DNA of 63,980 bases, filler included, from Folioceros fuciformis (lineage: Eukaryota): the NCBI GenBank assembly GCA_049999805.1. It is 7 parts of 7 records of this genome, joined end to end, with 100 filler letters (N's around TTAATTAATTAA, not from the genome) between each part and the next. Parts side by side here need not be neighbours in the genome. Positions count along the whole stretch, not along the records: positions 20,379 to 41,980 come from JBNGIO010001585.1; positions 42,081 to 53,119 come from JBNGIO010001586.1; 5 more parts are not named here. One strand, written 5' to 3'. The position numbers and the translations under genes were made by a program. The notes beneath the pieces were generated by a model. The model was not told the DNA's origin. It saw nothing but the letters and a program-made list of their open reading frames with translations, and ran no database searches. Shown here one piece after another: positions 39,271 through 52,291 of the stretch; positions within the stretch are counted from its first letter, which is position 1, and each line of letters starts with the position of its first letter.

Positions 39271-40177
39271 GTGAAAGTAGTAGATGTAGGTAAGTAGGTT
39301 GTCTGTCTTTTGTAGGACATGTATTGTAGTGGCAGTAGTGTCTGTGGGTGGAAGAAGCCGTGGTGCGGGCAGCGTGGAGACGGGAAGGGGAAGTGATGCT
39401 AGCAGCTTTCCGAAACGCATGGTAACATGCTTGAGGAAAGAACGATTATTACGATTTGCACGTCAGTCTGATCCCCATCCTGCTTCCACCCACGTTGCTA
39501 CCACCGGTGGTGCTCCTGTGTGGAGTACACTTTGCACTCCATCCCCAGGTAATGGAACGTGATCCAGCAGTGGGAGTGGGTCTGTGTGGTGAGTGGCGCG
39601 GAGGTAGATGGTGACAATTGTTGTTTGACGTCAAAGCACACAAACCAAACCAATCCCCCACGGAACGACCTCCTCTGCTGCCCACATGCATCTCCATGAT
39701 TAAGAGTTTCTGTGCATCCATAAAAGGAAAGACGAAGATACTATAGAGTAGGCAACGACCGACGACGTCGGGTACAGAGAGTGCTAGTGTGACGGGCGCG
39801 GCGCCATTGAAGGGCGGGCGTGGTGCTATGAATGTGGGAAGAATCGACGATGATGGTACAAGTGAAGCACGAGTGTGGGTTGTTAATTGAAGATGCGAAG
39901 TAATCAAGTTAGGCAGAAGTGAGTGAAAGCAAAAGCGTGTGTGAGGCTTGAAGATGTCCGTTGAGCGAGACCGTTGTTGGTGAGGGGCCCCCAGCGAGGC
40001 GCACGCGCAAGGCGCTGAGTTGGACAATATCTGGGCGCGGCGGATCCGAGGGCAGGCAGGCAGGCAGGCAGGCGTCTTTTTCCATGGACATGGACAGTGA
40101 CGGAGCAGGGGCGGGGGTAGGCGACGGGGTCCACCACTGTTGTACTGGTTGCTGGCTGTGGCTGTGTGGGTGTGGCC

Positions 40178-40223
<46 letters not shown>

Positions 40224-40242
40224 CTCCGGCTCCGGCTCCGGC
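40178..40242. repeat. (CGGGCT/CCGGCT)n hexamer microsatellite
   Basis: Directly visible. It generates the spurious SP/RA/EP-repeat ORFs. Confidence 0.9.
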
Positions 40243-42175
40243 TTGCGCGCACATTGAGTCGCGCATTGAGGCCCGGCAGGGTAGAGTTCACTGGATGCCC
40301 AGCCTAGCCTACAGTCGCATTGCATCAGCCTGCATACATACAGTATGTGCAGAGTGGTTGCAGTGTGCAGCAGCGCTGCAGAGCATTGCAGAGAAGGGCA
40401 GGCGAGCATAATGCGCTCTGTGACTTTTGCATAATGCCGAGCCAGGGGCATGAGAGTCTGGCAGCAGAGCAGAGTCATCCCGTCCCGCTCACGACCCCAC
40501 TTCGTACCCCAGCCGCGCCAAGCCCAGTCCAGGCCAGGTCAGGCGCAGTCCCAGCTTGCAGAGGCGAGCGAGGAAGTAAGGCGGGAAAGAGGCGCGAAAA
40601 AGAGAAGGAAAAGGGCCAAAGGTCTAGATGGTCGAGTTGGCGGGGCCACTTGTACTGGCCACCCGCGCGACATGTGGCTGTGAGTTCGCTGACTAGCTGG
40701 CAGAGGTGGGCCCCACCTGAACTGGTCGCAACGTTTCTTTGGCGTTACGTTTGCAGGCGGGGCAGATCATGGCATAATAACATAGCATAGGAAGGCAGGC
40801 AGGCCCTGGTTCCGAGGCCGCATCGCGGGAATAGCATCCGGTTTGGTTTGCGGTGGCCTAGACAAGAATAGTGTAGAGAAGTGTTGTGTAGTGTAGGGTA
40901 GCGTAGTGCAGTGTACTGCAAGGTATCCAAATGCATATCGGGGCCCGGATTGGGCCGCGGCCCCGACATGGACTGGCCGGGTTTGCGGGGGGAGGCGGAA
41001 GAGGTGTGGGCTATGGTGGGAAGGGAGGAGCAATGAGTGCACGGCAGCAGGGCAGAAATTGGCAGACTCGCGTCGCTCGCTGCTGGCATGCTTGGCTGGG
41101 CTTGGCTTGGCTGGGCTTCGCCTCGCCTTTGCCCTGGCCTGCTTTGCTTGCAGAGTGCATTGCACTGCACTGCACGTTCTAGAGCATCTAGACTTGGAGA
41201 TCTGGCCAGTAATCTAGTGCGGATAATGTGGGTGGAATAATAAAGGGCCCAGCTGGGGGCGGGGGTGGCAAGGCAGGTCAGGTCAGGTCAGGCCAAGCCA
41301 GGCATCTCGGGGCCGGGCTTGGGGGTGGCCTGGCCAGACTTGCTTTTGCTTGCTTGCGGTAACGTGCCTTTTCCGGATCCCGAGTGTAGGTAGATAGATG
41401 TGAAGGCATACGTATGGGCAAGGTACATTGATGGCGCTCAGCAGCTGGTGCCGGTGCTGGTGCTATGGCCTGGCCGGGCCCCGGAGAAAAAGCGAAGGTG
41501 CGCATGCGGGTAGGGTAGTCCATCCAACCTGGGCGGGGCCTCCGCCTTGCCCTCCCCGTCTCCTCCTCCCTCGGCCCATGCTCGGCCACAGGATTCCGTT
41601 TCCGTCGTCGGCCACGGCGCCACAAACAAGGTGCCAAGAGGCCAAAGGGCGGGCCGCGTGAAATGGGGGAAAGAATGGAAAGAATCGAGATCTTCGAATC
41701 TGGCTGCAGCTGGAGCTGGGCCTGCTGCGCCTGCGCCTGCGCCTGCGCCTCTCTCTGCGATGCGGCCAGGGCCAGGAGGAGGGCGTAGGCGACACGTCGG
41801 GGCTTGGGGAGGGCGCGCGCATGCACACACCACACCTCACCACTCCACACCACAGGCCAACAGTGCCGCACACGAAAGTGGGCAAGACAGGGGCGAGCGG
41901 GTCGCGGGAGTGCCAAAGTGGATCCCGCAAAGCAACAGGCTACAGCGCAGAGGACTCTTTCCGGCCTCGCCGCTCTGCTGNNNNNNNNNNNNNNNNNNNN
42001 NNNNNNNNNNNNNNNNNNNNNNNNTTAATTAATTAANNNNNNNNNNNNNNNNNNNNNNNNNNNNNNNNNNNNNNNNNNNNGCATTGCAGAGTGTCAATTT
42101 GTGTTCAATATCGTTTCCACCAACCACTTCATGCCCTTACAGAAAACTTTGATAATCTGATGTGTGGAAATACAG

Positions 42176-44480
42176 GTGGAGATACATCGTAAAGTCGAAG
42201 AACTGGAACATGAAAGGCACCGAGCAGTAGAGTTGGAGCTCGAAAGGCAGTGCAGCAGCAAACGAATTGCAGCACTTGAGCATGAAAGGGGGTGCATCGA
42301 GGAATCTGTTAGCCAGAGGCTCGCTGCAGAACATGAAAGTGCTGTGCAAGATCTGTATTCTCAGCTACAGTACGCTGAACATACTCTTGCTGTAGTGCGC
42401 AATGAAGCAGAGGCTAGGTGATCATCCTTTACATTCTCGTGTCCAACCGCATTGCTGGCAACTCATGGTCTGTTAAATCCTGAAAAGAAGCTACTCCTGG
42501 ACTGAAGGGCCATGGAGCAGAGTGCCAACCATTTGAGGGAGTTAGAGAAGCTGCACCAGGATGCCGAAAAGGAAGCTGGTCATAACAAAAATGAAGTGCA
42601 GAGGTTGCATGAAGACGCCCTGAACCATGCCACTAACTATGCCAAAGAGCTTGAGAAGTTGAAGCAGGATGCCCAGAACCAAGCAACAATGTATGTAAGA
42701 AGCTCTTTCCTCATGGAGAGTTTTCTCTATCTGTTCCAAGTGTGTCTTGTCCTACTTCAGCTGACGGTGATGATGTTGCAAGCGAAACTTGAACGAACTT
42801 TTCATGTTCTGTAAAGGTTTGCAAGAGAAATTGCGGTTCTGAAAGAGAGGTCGAACTCAGCTGTTTGTGCATGCCAGTCCCGTTCTCAGAGCCACAAAGG
42901 AGAGCTGGTATTTTGATTGTACTCATTCTCTGTCGGATGGTGCTCAAAATGTAACGGGTTTTATGTTTGAACTATTCACCCTGGCAGTCAATGTCACAAG
43001 CTAACTGAGAACGTGCCAAAACATGCTGTTCTGCTGACAGGGTCCACAAGGTCTAGCAGAAGGTAGTTTGGTAGAAACTGGACAGCGATCAAGCAAAAAT
43101 GTACTGAGACATCACGTACAACATCCACCGACAGGTAGAACGGGTGAGATTGCGCGTGGTGCGGACATTTACGAGCTTAGCAGGGCAGGTAGTGGTAGTG
43201 ATGAGCTATCAGGTCCGGAAGACGACGAATGTTATGGGCAACACGAGATCGGAGACCTGGACATATCACCTGCAGAAGCAAGTGAACGATTCGCACATGA
43301 CACCAATCATTACAGAGTGCGGATGGTTTTGGAAGCTGAGAACCGATTCCTGAGGGAGAAGCTGAAAGAGCTCCAACATCAAAATGAAACCGTAGGGAAA
43401 ATCATCTTTGATCTGAGGCATGAACTAGAAGCTGCAGGGCTTCTTAAACCTACGCAGAATGTGGACTCCAAGTATGCGGGAATAGGTGGTCAACCAGTGA
43501 GTCCTTCAGCACCAACTGCGACACCAAGCAACCTCTCTCCTAGGAAGACCAGGTCTTTTACGATTTTTTCAATGTCTCTGTCAGTCGTCTTCTCATAACT
43601 GAACAAATCACGAGGTCGGGAATGGTGAACAATTCTTTTCTTGTACACTTGAATGTATTTTGCAGGCCCTTCTTGAATCAAGCTTCAGGGTCTGTGAGTC
43701 CAGCTGCGTCGCCCAGAAAGGAGTCTTTCAAAGATGAGCCACCTTTGTCGCTGGCAGATAGAGAAGAGCTCCAACTTCTTCGATCTTACTACGCCGAGCT
43801 GAGTGCCGAAAGTGATCAGGTGCATGCTTTGCTCGACTTACGTAACCACTTACCCGTCCCAGGGAAAACAGATCATTGTTGTTGTGAAATCCCTTTCTAC
43901 GTAATGTTGAATTTCTGACCAAGAAGTTTATGGTACACAGCTTGAGTACGTGCACGGGAAACCTCCAGCATCTGCTGCTAGTTCAATAGCTTCTAAGACG
44001 AAACGGGCAAGTTTTACCCCAGAAACCTTTAGGCTGAACCGGATTTCTCCTCTTGTTGACCACCAACCATTTCCCAAGTCAAGGGATCTCTCAGACCTCA
44101 CAAGCCGGCAGCAGCACAGGCAAGGCCTTTCCCCTGGAGCTGGGCACCAGCGACAAAGTACGTCAAGGGATAGTCTGCAGGAGAGAAGCAGGCTGATTGA
44201 ACGGAGGTTCCAGGATACGCGGAAGAAGGCTGAGAAGAACCTCAACGACCGAGCTGGGAGAACAGGCACACCCCTTGTACGTCATAACGCATTGAAGATC
44301 ATGAATTCTGGATCCTTCCGTAGGCCATCCAGTTCTTCAGAGAGCGAAGGTGATAGTTGCTGTGGGAACCTCGAGGACGACAGTGACTCTAGTGCAGACG
44401 ATGCTCCTTTGAGTCCACCCAAAGCCTTTCGAAGGACACCCATTACAGAAGCTGATGGGAGGGGTCACATAAAGAGTTAA
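42176..44480 (+). CDS. Coiled-coil protein of unknown function; 5'-partial (cut by gap), multi-exon
   Basis: GT-AG-bounded exons encoding heptad-rich VEELEHERHRAVELELE, LRELEKLHQDAEKE and LEAENRFLREKLKELQ, plus a Ser-rich final exon ending TAA at 44480. Confidence 0.7.
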
Positions 44481-45333
44481 GTTGTGAGTTATTAGTCCTG
44501 CCTTTCTCCTGTACATTGCCTGTTTTCCACTTGTGTACGAAGCAGAATATCGTAGTACACTGGATTGACAGTTCCTGAGCTTGACAGGTTCTTAAATAAA
44601 GCGAGCGTTACGTAGTTGGTGATCGACTGGCTTCCACGGTGCCTACTCCGATTGTGACAACGCTGAAGAGGATATTGAGGCCCGGGAATAGAAGCTCAGA
44701 ATGTTACTTTGAATGTTGTACTGTACACAGATTCCGCAGTGTCTCCATTCGCAGAAAGGAGCATAGAGCTTTTTGATGTTGACAGACAGAGTATTTTGTT
44801 GATTCAGACTGCAGTTTGTGACAGGTAACCCTCCGAGCCCTACTAAGGCTTGCCCTTGCAAGCTCCCTGGTCGTATCCTATTCTACACTCTGGCAGAGTT
44901 GTACGTGACTGTTGCCAGACTTACGTAATGTAGCGCGTCGGGCAACACTACTGACGTATCCATGTTAGTAACTTGGGTCCATCATGGCTCATAATTTACA
45001 TCCCCCATCTAGCAAGGCTGATGATGCTTTCTTGATCGTACACGATGGAGTGTGAGAGACAAGCATCCTACAGCACTCTCCACATCCTAGAAGTAGACCA
45101 ATGCCCAACTAAATCGAGACCAGCCTTCCTCTTCCTTGAGTTGCCGCACTTTGAAAAACAGACAAGCAGGTATCCAATATTATCCAACAATGTGCAGGAG
45201 GCCGTCAGGACCAACGTATCCTGACATGGGAACGACGAAAGTGGAACGACAGATCCCAACACACCTGTACAGGCAGGGCATGTATGGCAATCAATATTCC
45301 CGGACGACTCGATCAGTAGTATTCGTATTTCCT

Positions 45334-48300
45334 TCAAAAGTTGTAGCTCCTGGGCTTGTCGACAGTACCCTACAACACAGAGGCAGACGAGAGAAATTAT
45401 TAGCTTGAAGTTCAGACTTATAAGTATTCATGAATAACAAGCTGTGCCGTTGAAAGAACAAAGGGGATATCCAACTTGTACATTGCCCTGGACGTAATAA
45501 GCCAGTTGGGACTTGAGCGTCGCGATTTCCTCCCTGTATGATTGCAACTTCAGCTCAACAAGATTTTTTGCCTGCACGCAGAGTGTTGTCCAGGTTCAAG
45601 TGAGCAGACAGGAAGCTGACAAGAAAGAGAGCTGATACAAACTATATATTAAAGGCAAAAGGGTACGAGGGAATTATTGGCCTGTGCAAATGTTGTGATA
45701 GTTGCCGTGAGCAGCAGGAAACTATCAAGAAACAGAGGCTAGGAGTACACACACGGAAATGGGGACAAGGGAGACAGTTGTCAGAGGCAGGACCTACCTT
45801 CTCACATATTGCAACCTGCCATAGGTGCACACGGAAAATTTAATAAGATAACGTTCAAACTGATACTTCATTTGGTGCACGAAATTAGCTAAAGGAAGCA
45901 TTTATTCACCACTTCCAGATCGTTTGATGGAAGGCCGTTAAGTTCCAGAAGGTTTGTTTCCAAAGCCCCACCAATCTTTTCTAGAGTATTCAGTGCCATT
46001 CTGAGTCGTCTGAATTTCACACATCCACGATTATCAGCACAAAAACGAGGGGAGAAAGAACACGGGTGTTGGATCATGCGGACAGTGGAAAACTAACCTT
46101 TGCAGTACAAATACCACTTGATCTAATGTGCCATCTGTTGCACAACTAGAGGCGTTTGAGAGGCCCGAGTCCAGAGGTAGATGAACCGAGAGCATCCCTG
46201 AAGCTTGAGGATCTCCGGCTCTGCTCACACACACATGCATCTCAATCCCCTTAGATCCTCTCTACCTTGTGAGCAGTAATGCCAACAAATCATGTAGTCA
46301 AGTAAGAATGAGAGGAAACAGGAAACTTATGTGTGCTGTATGTAGATCGTGATACTGACGAGGCGTGCTCACCTCCCATAGTAACCACCTCCATTTGTAT
46401 GCTGATCATCCAGCTCCCCCCTGTTGACAGCTGATAAGGCGGAGTACTGAGCAGTCTGTTGGTTGTCAACTTCATGCCTGTCGTTGAATAGAGTTTGTAC
46501 TCGACTCTCATACATAGAGTTGTTGACTGTCAGAGGCTGCATTGTCACATCTTGGTAAGGAGCCACGGCTTGAGATGTTGCCTGTTTTGAGCCCAATGCT
46601 TGTCGAAAGTGCTGGGCTGACGTGGTCACAGCAGATGAACATGTTGGGCCAGTAGTCGGTAGTCGTCCAGGGAGCGACGAATTTACTGATGAATATGAAG
46701 ACATGTGAGTTGGTGATGGTGTTGGTGGCATAAGTGCACTAGTACCAGCATGTACTCCTTGAGGTGTTGCTGTCTGTCTCTCACCATTGTCGTATCTTTG
46801 AGCTGACACTGACATATTATTTGATGCGAGCTGCTTGAAAACATCCCCATGCGACTGATCAGATGCTTGAGGTGCTGTGGACAAGCGGGATCCAAAAACC
46901 GAAGACGCGTGTGCCTGTTGACTTGAACCCTGACAGGTAGAAACTCAGCGACATCAGCGGTCCTCGCTTCCTGATCTCTCTGAGACCCCTAGAGGATCAA
47001 ATGGGCTAGAAAATGGAGTATAAAACAGCGTAATCAGACCTTGTTGCTTTGTTGTGCTGCACTTGAGCGGGCCATCAAAGAGGCCTCCGCAGAGGAGCCG
47101 CTATCAATCAATTGCAACTCCTGCACATGTAAACACGTGATTGCAGCATCTATCATTAACGCTCAATGACTAGCTCGCAACTCCCACGGTGCCCGCCACT
47201 GATACCAACCTGTACTCCTTGCATTGAGGCAGGAAGCAGATATTGCTGTTGCTGGATAACATTTGAGTGATGTCTGTGTGGACCTTGGTGTTCTATGCCT
47301 TGATTAGGCACATTTAACTGCTGGGTACCCAATGTCTTCTGCTGTCTTGGAGTGCTTTTTCCAAACAAGTCTGATGCATGCAAGTTTGCAGTTTGAAGCT
47401 CACTCATGCCATCAAGCCCCTCTGGCATTCCATACTGTGTCACCAAAGCCAGAGTCAGGTGATCATCTCTATTCTGACCTTCCATCCCATTTCGATCCTG
47501 GCATTGTCCCTGCACAAAAAAGAACCTTAGTTAAGACTGATTTCACACAGATGCTGCATGCTTAGTGCTTGTGCCCGCATCATGTCATTGAGCAGAGCTG
47601 ACGATTCTCCATAAAACGGAGCTCACCTTTGCAGACAACTGAGTTTCGAAATCTTGTCGAAGCTTCTCTTGTCTTCCAAAGTCTTGCTCTTGGTTTAAGT
47701 ACTCTTGCCGTGCAATCTCCTTTCTCTGTGCGTCATACTCCTGCCTTTGTCTCTCTTGTCTTGCCATTTCCCTCTGCTGTCGAGCTTCGTACGCCTGTCG
47801 CGCACTTTCCTGCTGAGCCACTAATTCCTGCTGCTTCTCATACTCTTCCCTCCGTGATCTTTCTTGACTTTCAAGCAGTTCTCGCTGTTGAGTTTCATAA
47901 GCTCTCTCCAGTCTAGCATTCTCTTCGCGACGAGCTTCCATGTCCTTTCGTTCTCTTTCCTGTCTTGCTGCCTCTTCTTGGCGAGCTTCATACTCCTGTC
48001 TTTCCCTTTCCTGTCTTGCATGCTCTTCCTGCTGTGCCATCAATCTCTGCTGCCTTGCGTTCTCTTCTTGTTGCCGTTTATCTCTGGCAATTTCTTCCTG
48101 CTGGGCTTCATATTCTTGCCTGGCCGTTTCCTGACGAAGAACCTCTTCCTGCTCTTCTCTCTGTTTCTTTTCCCTGGCAAGCTCCTCCTGCCTGGCCCTG
48201 TCTTCTTTGGCCTGTTGAAGAAGTTGCTGAAGCTCAACTTGCTTTTCAAGCATTTCTAGCTCCTTTGCTTTCATGGCTTTGCACTCCTGCTCATGATACC

Positions 48301-51300
48301 AGAGTAGCTTGGTGAAAATACAAACTTCACACTCTGTATCAAGGAGAGTGGCATTCTGCATCACTGGAAACCTTACCTCATTTAGTTTCTTCAACTCCTC
48401 TTCCTGTCTCTTCCGCGCCTGAAATGATGAGATTCAACACCTTGGTGAAGAAGAAAATATTGATACAACCAACAGGTTCACAATGCATTAGCAGAACACA
48501 ATTACTTCTTGAACTCCATCCCTACGAAGAGACGAAACACAATTACTTGTTCCTGCGCAGCCTTTTCCCTAGATAGCTTTGCTTCCAACTCTCGTTGCAG
48601 GGCTTCTTTTTGTTTTTGGAATGCAAGTTGCTCTTCTCTCGCGGATGCATCCTACGTCATATTCAAGGGTGTTGAATCAAGCATACATGTCCGTCAAGAA
48701 TTTCAGGTGTCCAAAAGAAAATGGGACCGACGGAACAATTCAAGCTCTACGTATGCAACATTTGCAGACAATTTTTGCAACCACATAACACTGCTGTCCC
48801 GTGATAGCAGTACAAACATAAGAGTAGGCACTCTTAGAGTCATACTGCTCCCCAAGCTTCAAGCTAAACAGTACCTAAAATATCTGCATAGCATGTGTGC
48901 GATCGGTCTACAGGTTCTAAGGAATACCAAGCGCTGCCGCTTTTTCTGTGCTTCTCTTTCTTTCCTCTCACGATCATACTCACGCTTTCTTTCCTTCCTT
49001 CTTTCAACAATCTGCAAGAATCTGGTTCGTGTGTCAGAGCCTTCTACCTACGAATTAGATGTTTGGCAACGAGCAGATATGGAAAGATCAGAAGGTGACC
49101 TCGTGGGGGATGGACGCATCCCATTCTTGCTCTGGCTCTTCGTGCCTCCGATATTTCGGATCCGGGTGATAGTCACAGTACCTATCCGACAAGCCACAGC
49201 ACCCGAGTTCCATCACATCGGCAATCGGCGCTTTCAGTAGAAGAATCAAACTTGAAGCTCCTGACGATCACAAAACATGAGATCGTGTAGACTATTATAG
49301 CTCACCAGATGTCAGGCAAAGAGGTGGGATCCGCGCAATTGGGTAGGACACGCCACTTGAGACAGGTCGGGTTGTCGCACTGGACCTGGTGGGAGAGTTT
49401 CATTTAGGCGAACTCCAAGCACACTTTACCTCCAACAAACAGACTGAGAACAGGTGTCCACATACCCATACAACATCAGGGACATCCTCCGAAGAAGGGC
49501 CCTGACCAGGACGCTTTGGTCGTGGCTCAGATTGCAGCACTGCTGTAGCATTGCGCTCCTTTTTCTCCCACCTACAAAGGATTGTGTAAAAGCATTTCAT
49601 ATGCCTTCAACTGTGCAGCGCTCAAGAACCGCACCTACCAGTACTCAGCCAACACATCCGAAAGTTTCTTCAAGAGTCGTCGATAAGCAATTGTATCGTC
49701 GAAATCCTGCGTAGTGCGCAGATGTGTCAAACCAAAGCGTCTTCGAAACTATAGACAGGACCAACAATTCGAGCAAGACGTGCCTGCTTGTTATGAGTCG
49801 GTTGTAGAAAATCTGCCTCAACGATTCCAATGACCCCCATACCCCTCTCGTTCTCCTCCAATTGAATGCCCACCTGAACCGCAGAATTTAAGGGAGTGAA
49901 GCATCAGAGCTATAAAGCTCGACATAGCCAACCTTAACCAAAAATCCCGAGAACAGCACACACCCTCATGTAGGCCTTGATTAGTCGGTTCCGATGGTAA
50001 AGCATCATACCGTAGAGATTCTTGTTCTCCGTATTGAACCTACAAGACAAGAACCATATCAGACCAAACACCCTGCCGACGACATTTAGGAGTAATTCAA
50101 TCAAGCTTGTGATCTGCAGTGCAGTCCAAAGACCGTAAACTTCGAAAGGTAAAGCAGTCTGAGATATGAGCATGCTGTGGAGTCCCACCCTAGCTCAATC
50201 TTTAGAGTCTCCGACACTCCAACTGGCTTGTAGGTCTCCGTCTCTTTCATGCTGAGCAACCCAGATATCCTCTTCGTCTTCACTTTTTTGTCACTACACA
50301 AATAACCCTCCGTTGGAGAAAGGCTATACTCTGAGAATGCACAAGATTGAATTCCACCAGGCATTTCAGGGCCTGTACCGTATGAAGATCTGCATTCGTG
50401 GCACTTTGTACAATATAGCGACATATGCACGCAACGAGTAATCCGTTGTGACGTCTACAGAGTTGGGCTGCAGAGCAATCAGATGACAATCAGTACAGGG
50501 CTCTACCGAATCCGCGACAGGTGATGAAGCTTTTCATGAACCAGAACAGAGCAGAAAAGTCCCAGATTTTCCCGGGTATGTCGCTGAACCTGCCAGCTAC
50601 ACTTGTGCCTTGGAATTTAAGAACATGTTTACCTTGGAAGTCTTGGCTGTTGCAAACCCAACAGCTAAGACTTCATAATGCCAGTGGTACCTGATTTGGG
50701 CGCAGCTGCTGAAAGTGGGATGAGCTGATTTCAGAAGTTATACGGATGTCATGTGGGTCACTCTTAAAGTCCAGTTCTAGATGACCCTCATGTCGGCGCA
50801 AGTGCGATATTATAAGGATCTGCGACAATCAGCGGGTAGACGTGAATCAACAGCTGGATCGTAAAATTCTACTTTGGAAATTGAAATCAAACATCCCACT
50901 CCGAAAGCTACCAAGGACACAAGGCATTCAAAGGCTCCCAATTCATCTGACAGAAAGTACTGGTGAGAGTGGACTGACCCCCCTCACAAACAGTGTTCTA
51001 CTTTGTGTACACTTACAGCTCCAGTCTGCGGAATGGCTTCTAGCTGAGCGAGAAGACTTTCTTCATCAGGGAATATGGAGTATTCACAGATAGCCGCCAA
51101 GCTTTCTTCAGCATCTAGGTCCATTTCAGAAAGTCTATCTGTTTTGTGGTTGAGGATTTCAGTCGAACATGACATCACAACAAGGGCGTCGAGGTGGGCA
51201 ATGTTAACAAGTATCAGCCAATGTCCAGCTGCAGTTATGGGCAAAAGACATCTCCTGGAGGATACTTCCATTCAAGTCCCAGGAGACCTGTGGTATGAGA

Positions 51301-52291
51301 ATATCCTCTGCTCCTGTTGTAAGCTGCACCAAGATAGACGTTCACCGTACACTTGTCCAGAAAACTGAAGAAATCTCATGAGAGGAGGTATCTTGTGAAG
51401 AATTTAACAACAAACTCACCAGAAATGTTTGTGACAGGAAGCCGGCCGTCATACTTGTTGCACATTTGGTCAGGACCAGCACATCTTGCCCCAAGCGCAT
51501 CGTTCCGGACTGCCATTAAGCAGTTGACGTAAAGGAGAAAAAGCAGTTAGAGCTTAATAAAGAGCCATCATGCGCATAGTGCTCATGACCAAATCGGGTG
51601 GACAAATAGAGCGAAAAACAATGGTGCTCGGCTTGCGATCAAACGACAAGATACCCTAGTAGCCCACCACCTCGCCAAACTCCTCCCAGCTGATGCCAGA
51701 AGGAAACTCATGGCAGCAACATGAGCTTTGGTGAAGAGGATGCTAACCTTGAACCCATTCCCATGCTTGCCAATAGACCTGTCTCCGGCAGTCATTTGCT
51801 GCAAACGTGCAGAGTCAATCCATGAGCCATGCAACTTGCGCACTCGAACGTTCAAAGATGCTGCTACGGAAACGCTGCAATACGAACAAAGGAGTGAGGA
51901 AAACAAGGTAGGAAAGTGAGAGCAGCCTTACCTTCTTGGAGTGCCCAAAACTGAGCATCTTGTGGAGGCGTTCAGGAGTCAAGCCACAGCCATTGTCCAT
52001 GAACACCAAACAGGGCTCACCGTTGAACTCCTTCATATCAATGCAGAATTGAGATGCACAGACATCCGGGTCGATGGCATTGTCGATCAGCCTGCGTTGG
52101 ACAGCGTACCGTACACGCAATCAAACCAAGACCACACAAGGCACCTTGAACTAGGCATCTCAGAGGCAGGAAGTAATAGCCGAGTCTTACTCTGCAATAG
52201 CTCCAAAAACCCATCGATGACTGGTACTGTTGCTGTGCAGAAATTTGGGATGAGTAGTGCAGTGCTTGACATGGATAAAAGGCTCTGCCAT
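45334..52291 (-). CDS. MORC: MORC-family GHKL ATPase with CW zinc finger and long coiled-coil; 3' end approximate
   Basis: [95 protein letters not shown] domain [25 protein letters not shown]-rich coiled-coil exons at about 47.6-49.0 kb. Confidence 0.9.

Noticed and set aside
39449-41980. Long overlapping ORFs of 150-280 aa
   Set aside because: They arise from GC-rich microsatellites that lack stops; no domain or consistent exon structure.
48509-49240. 243-aa plus-strand ORF
   Set aside because: Antisense shadow of MORC exons and introns.
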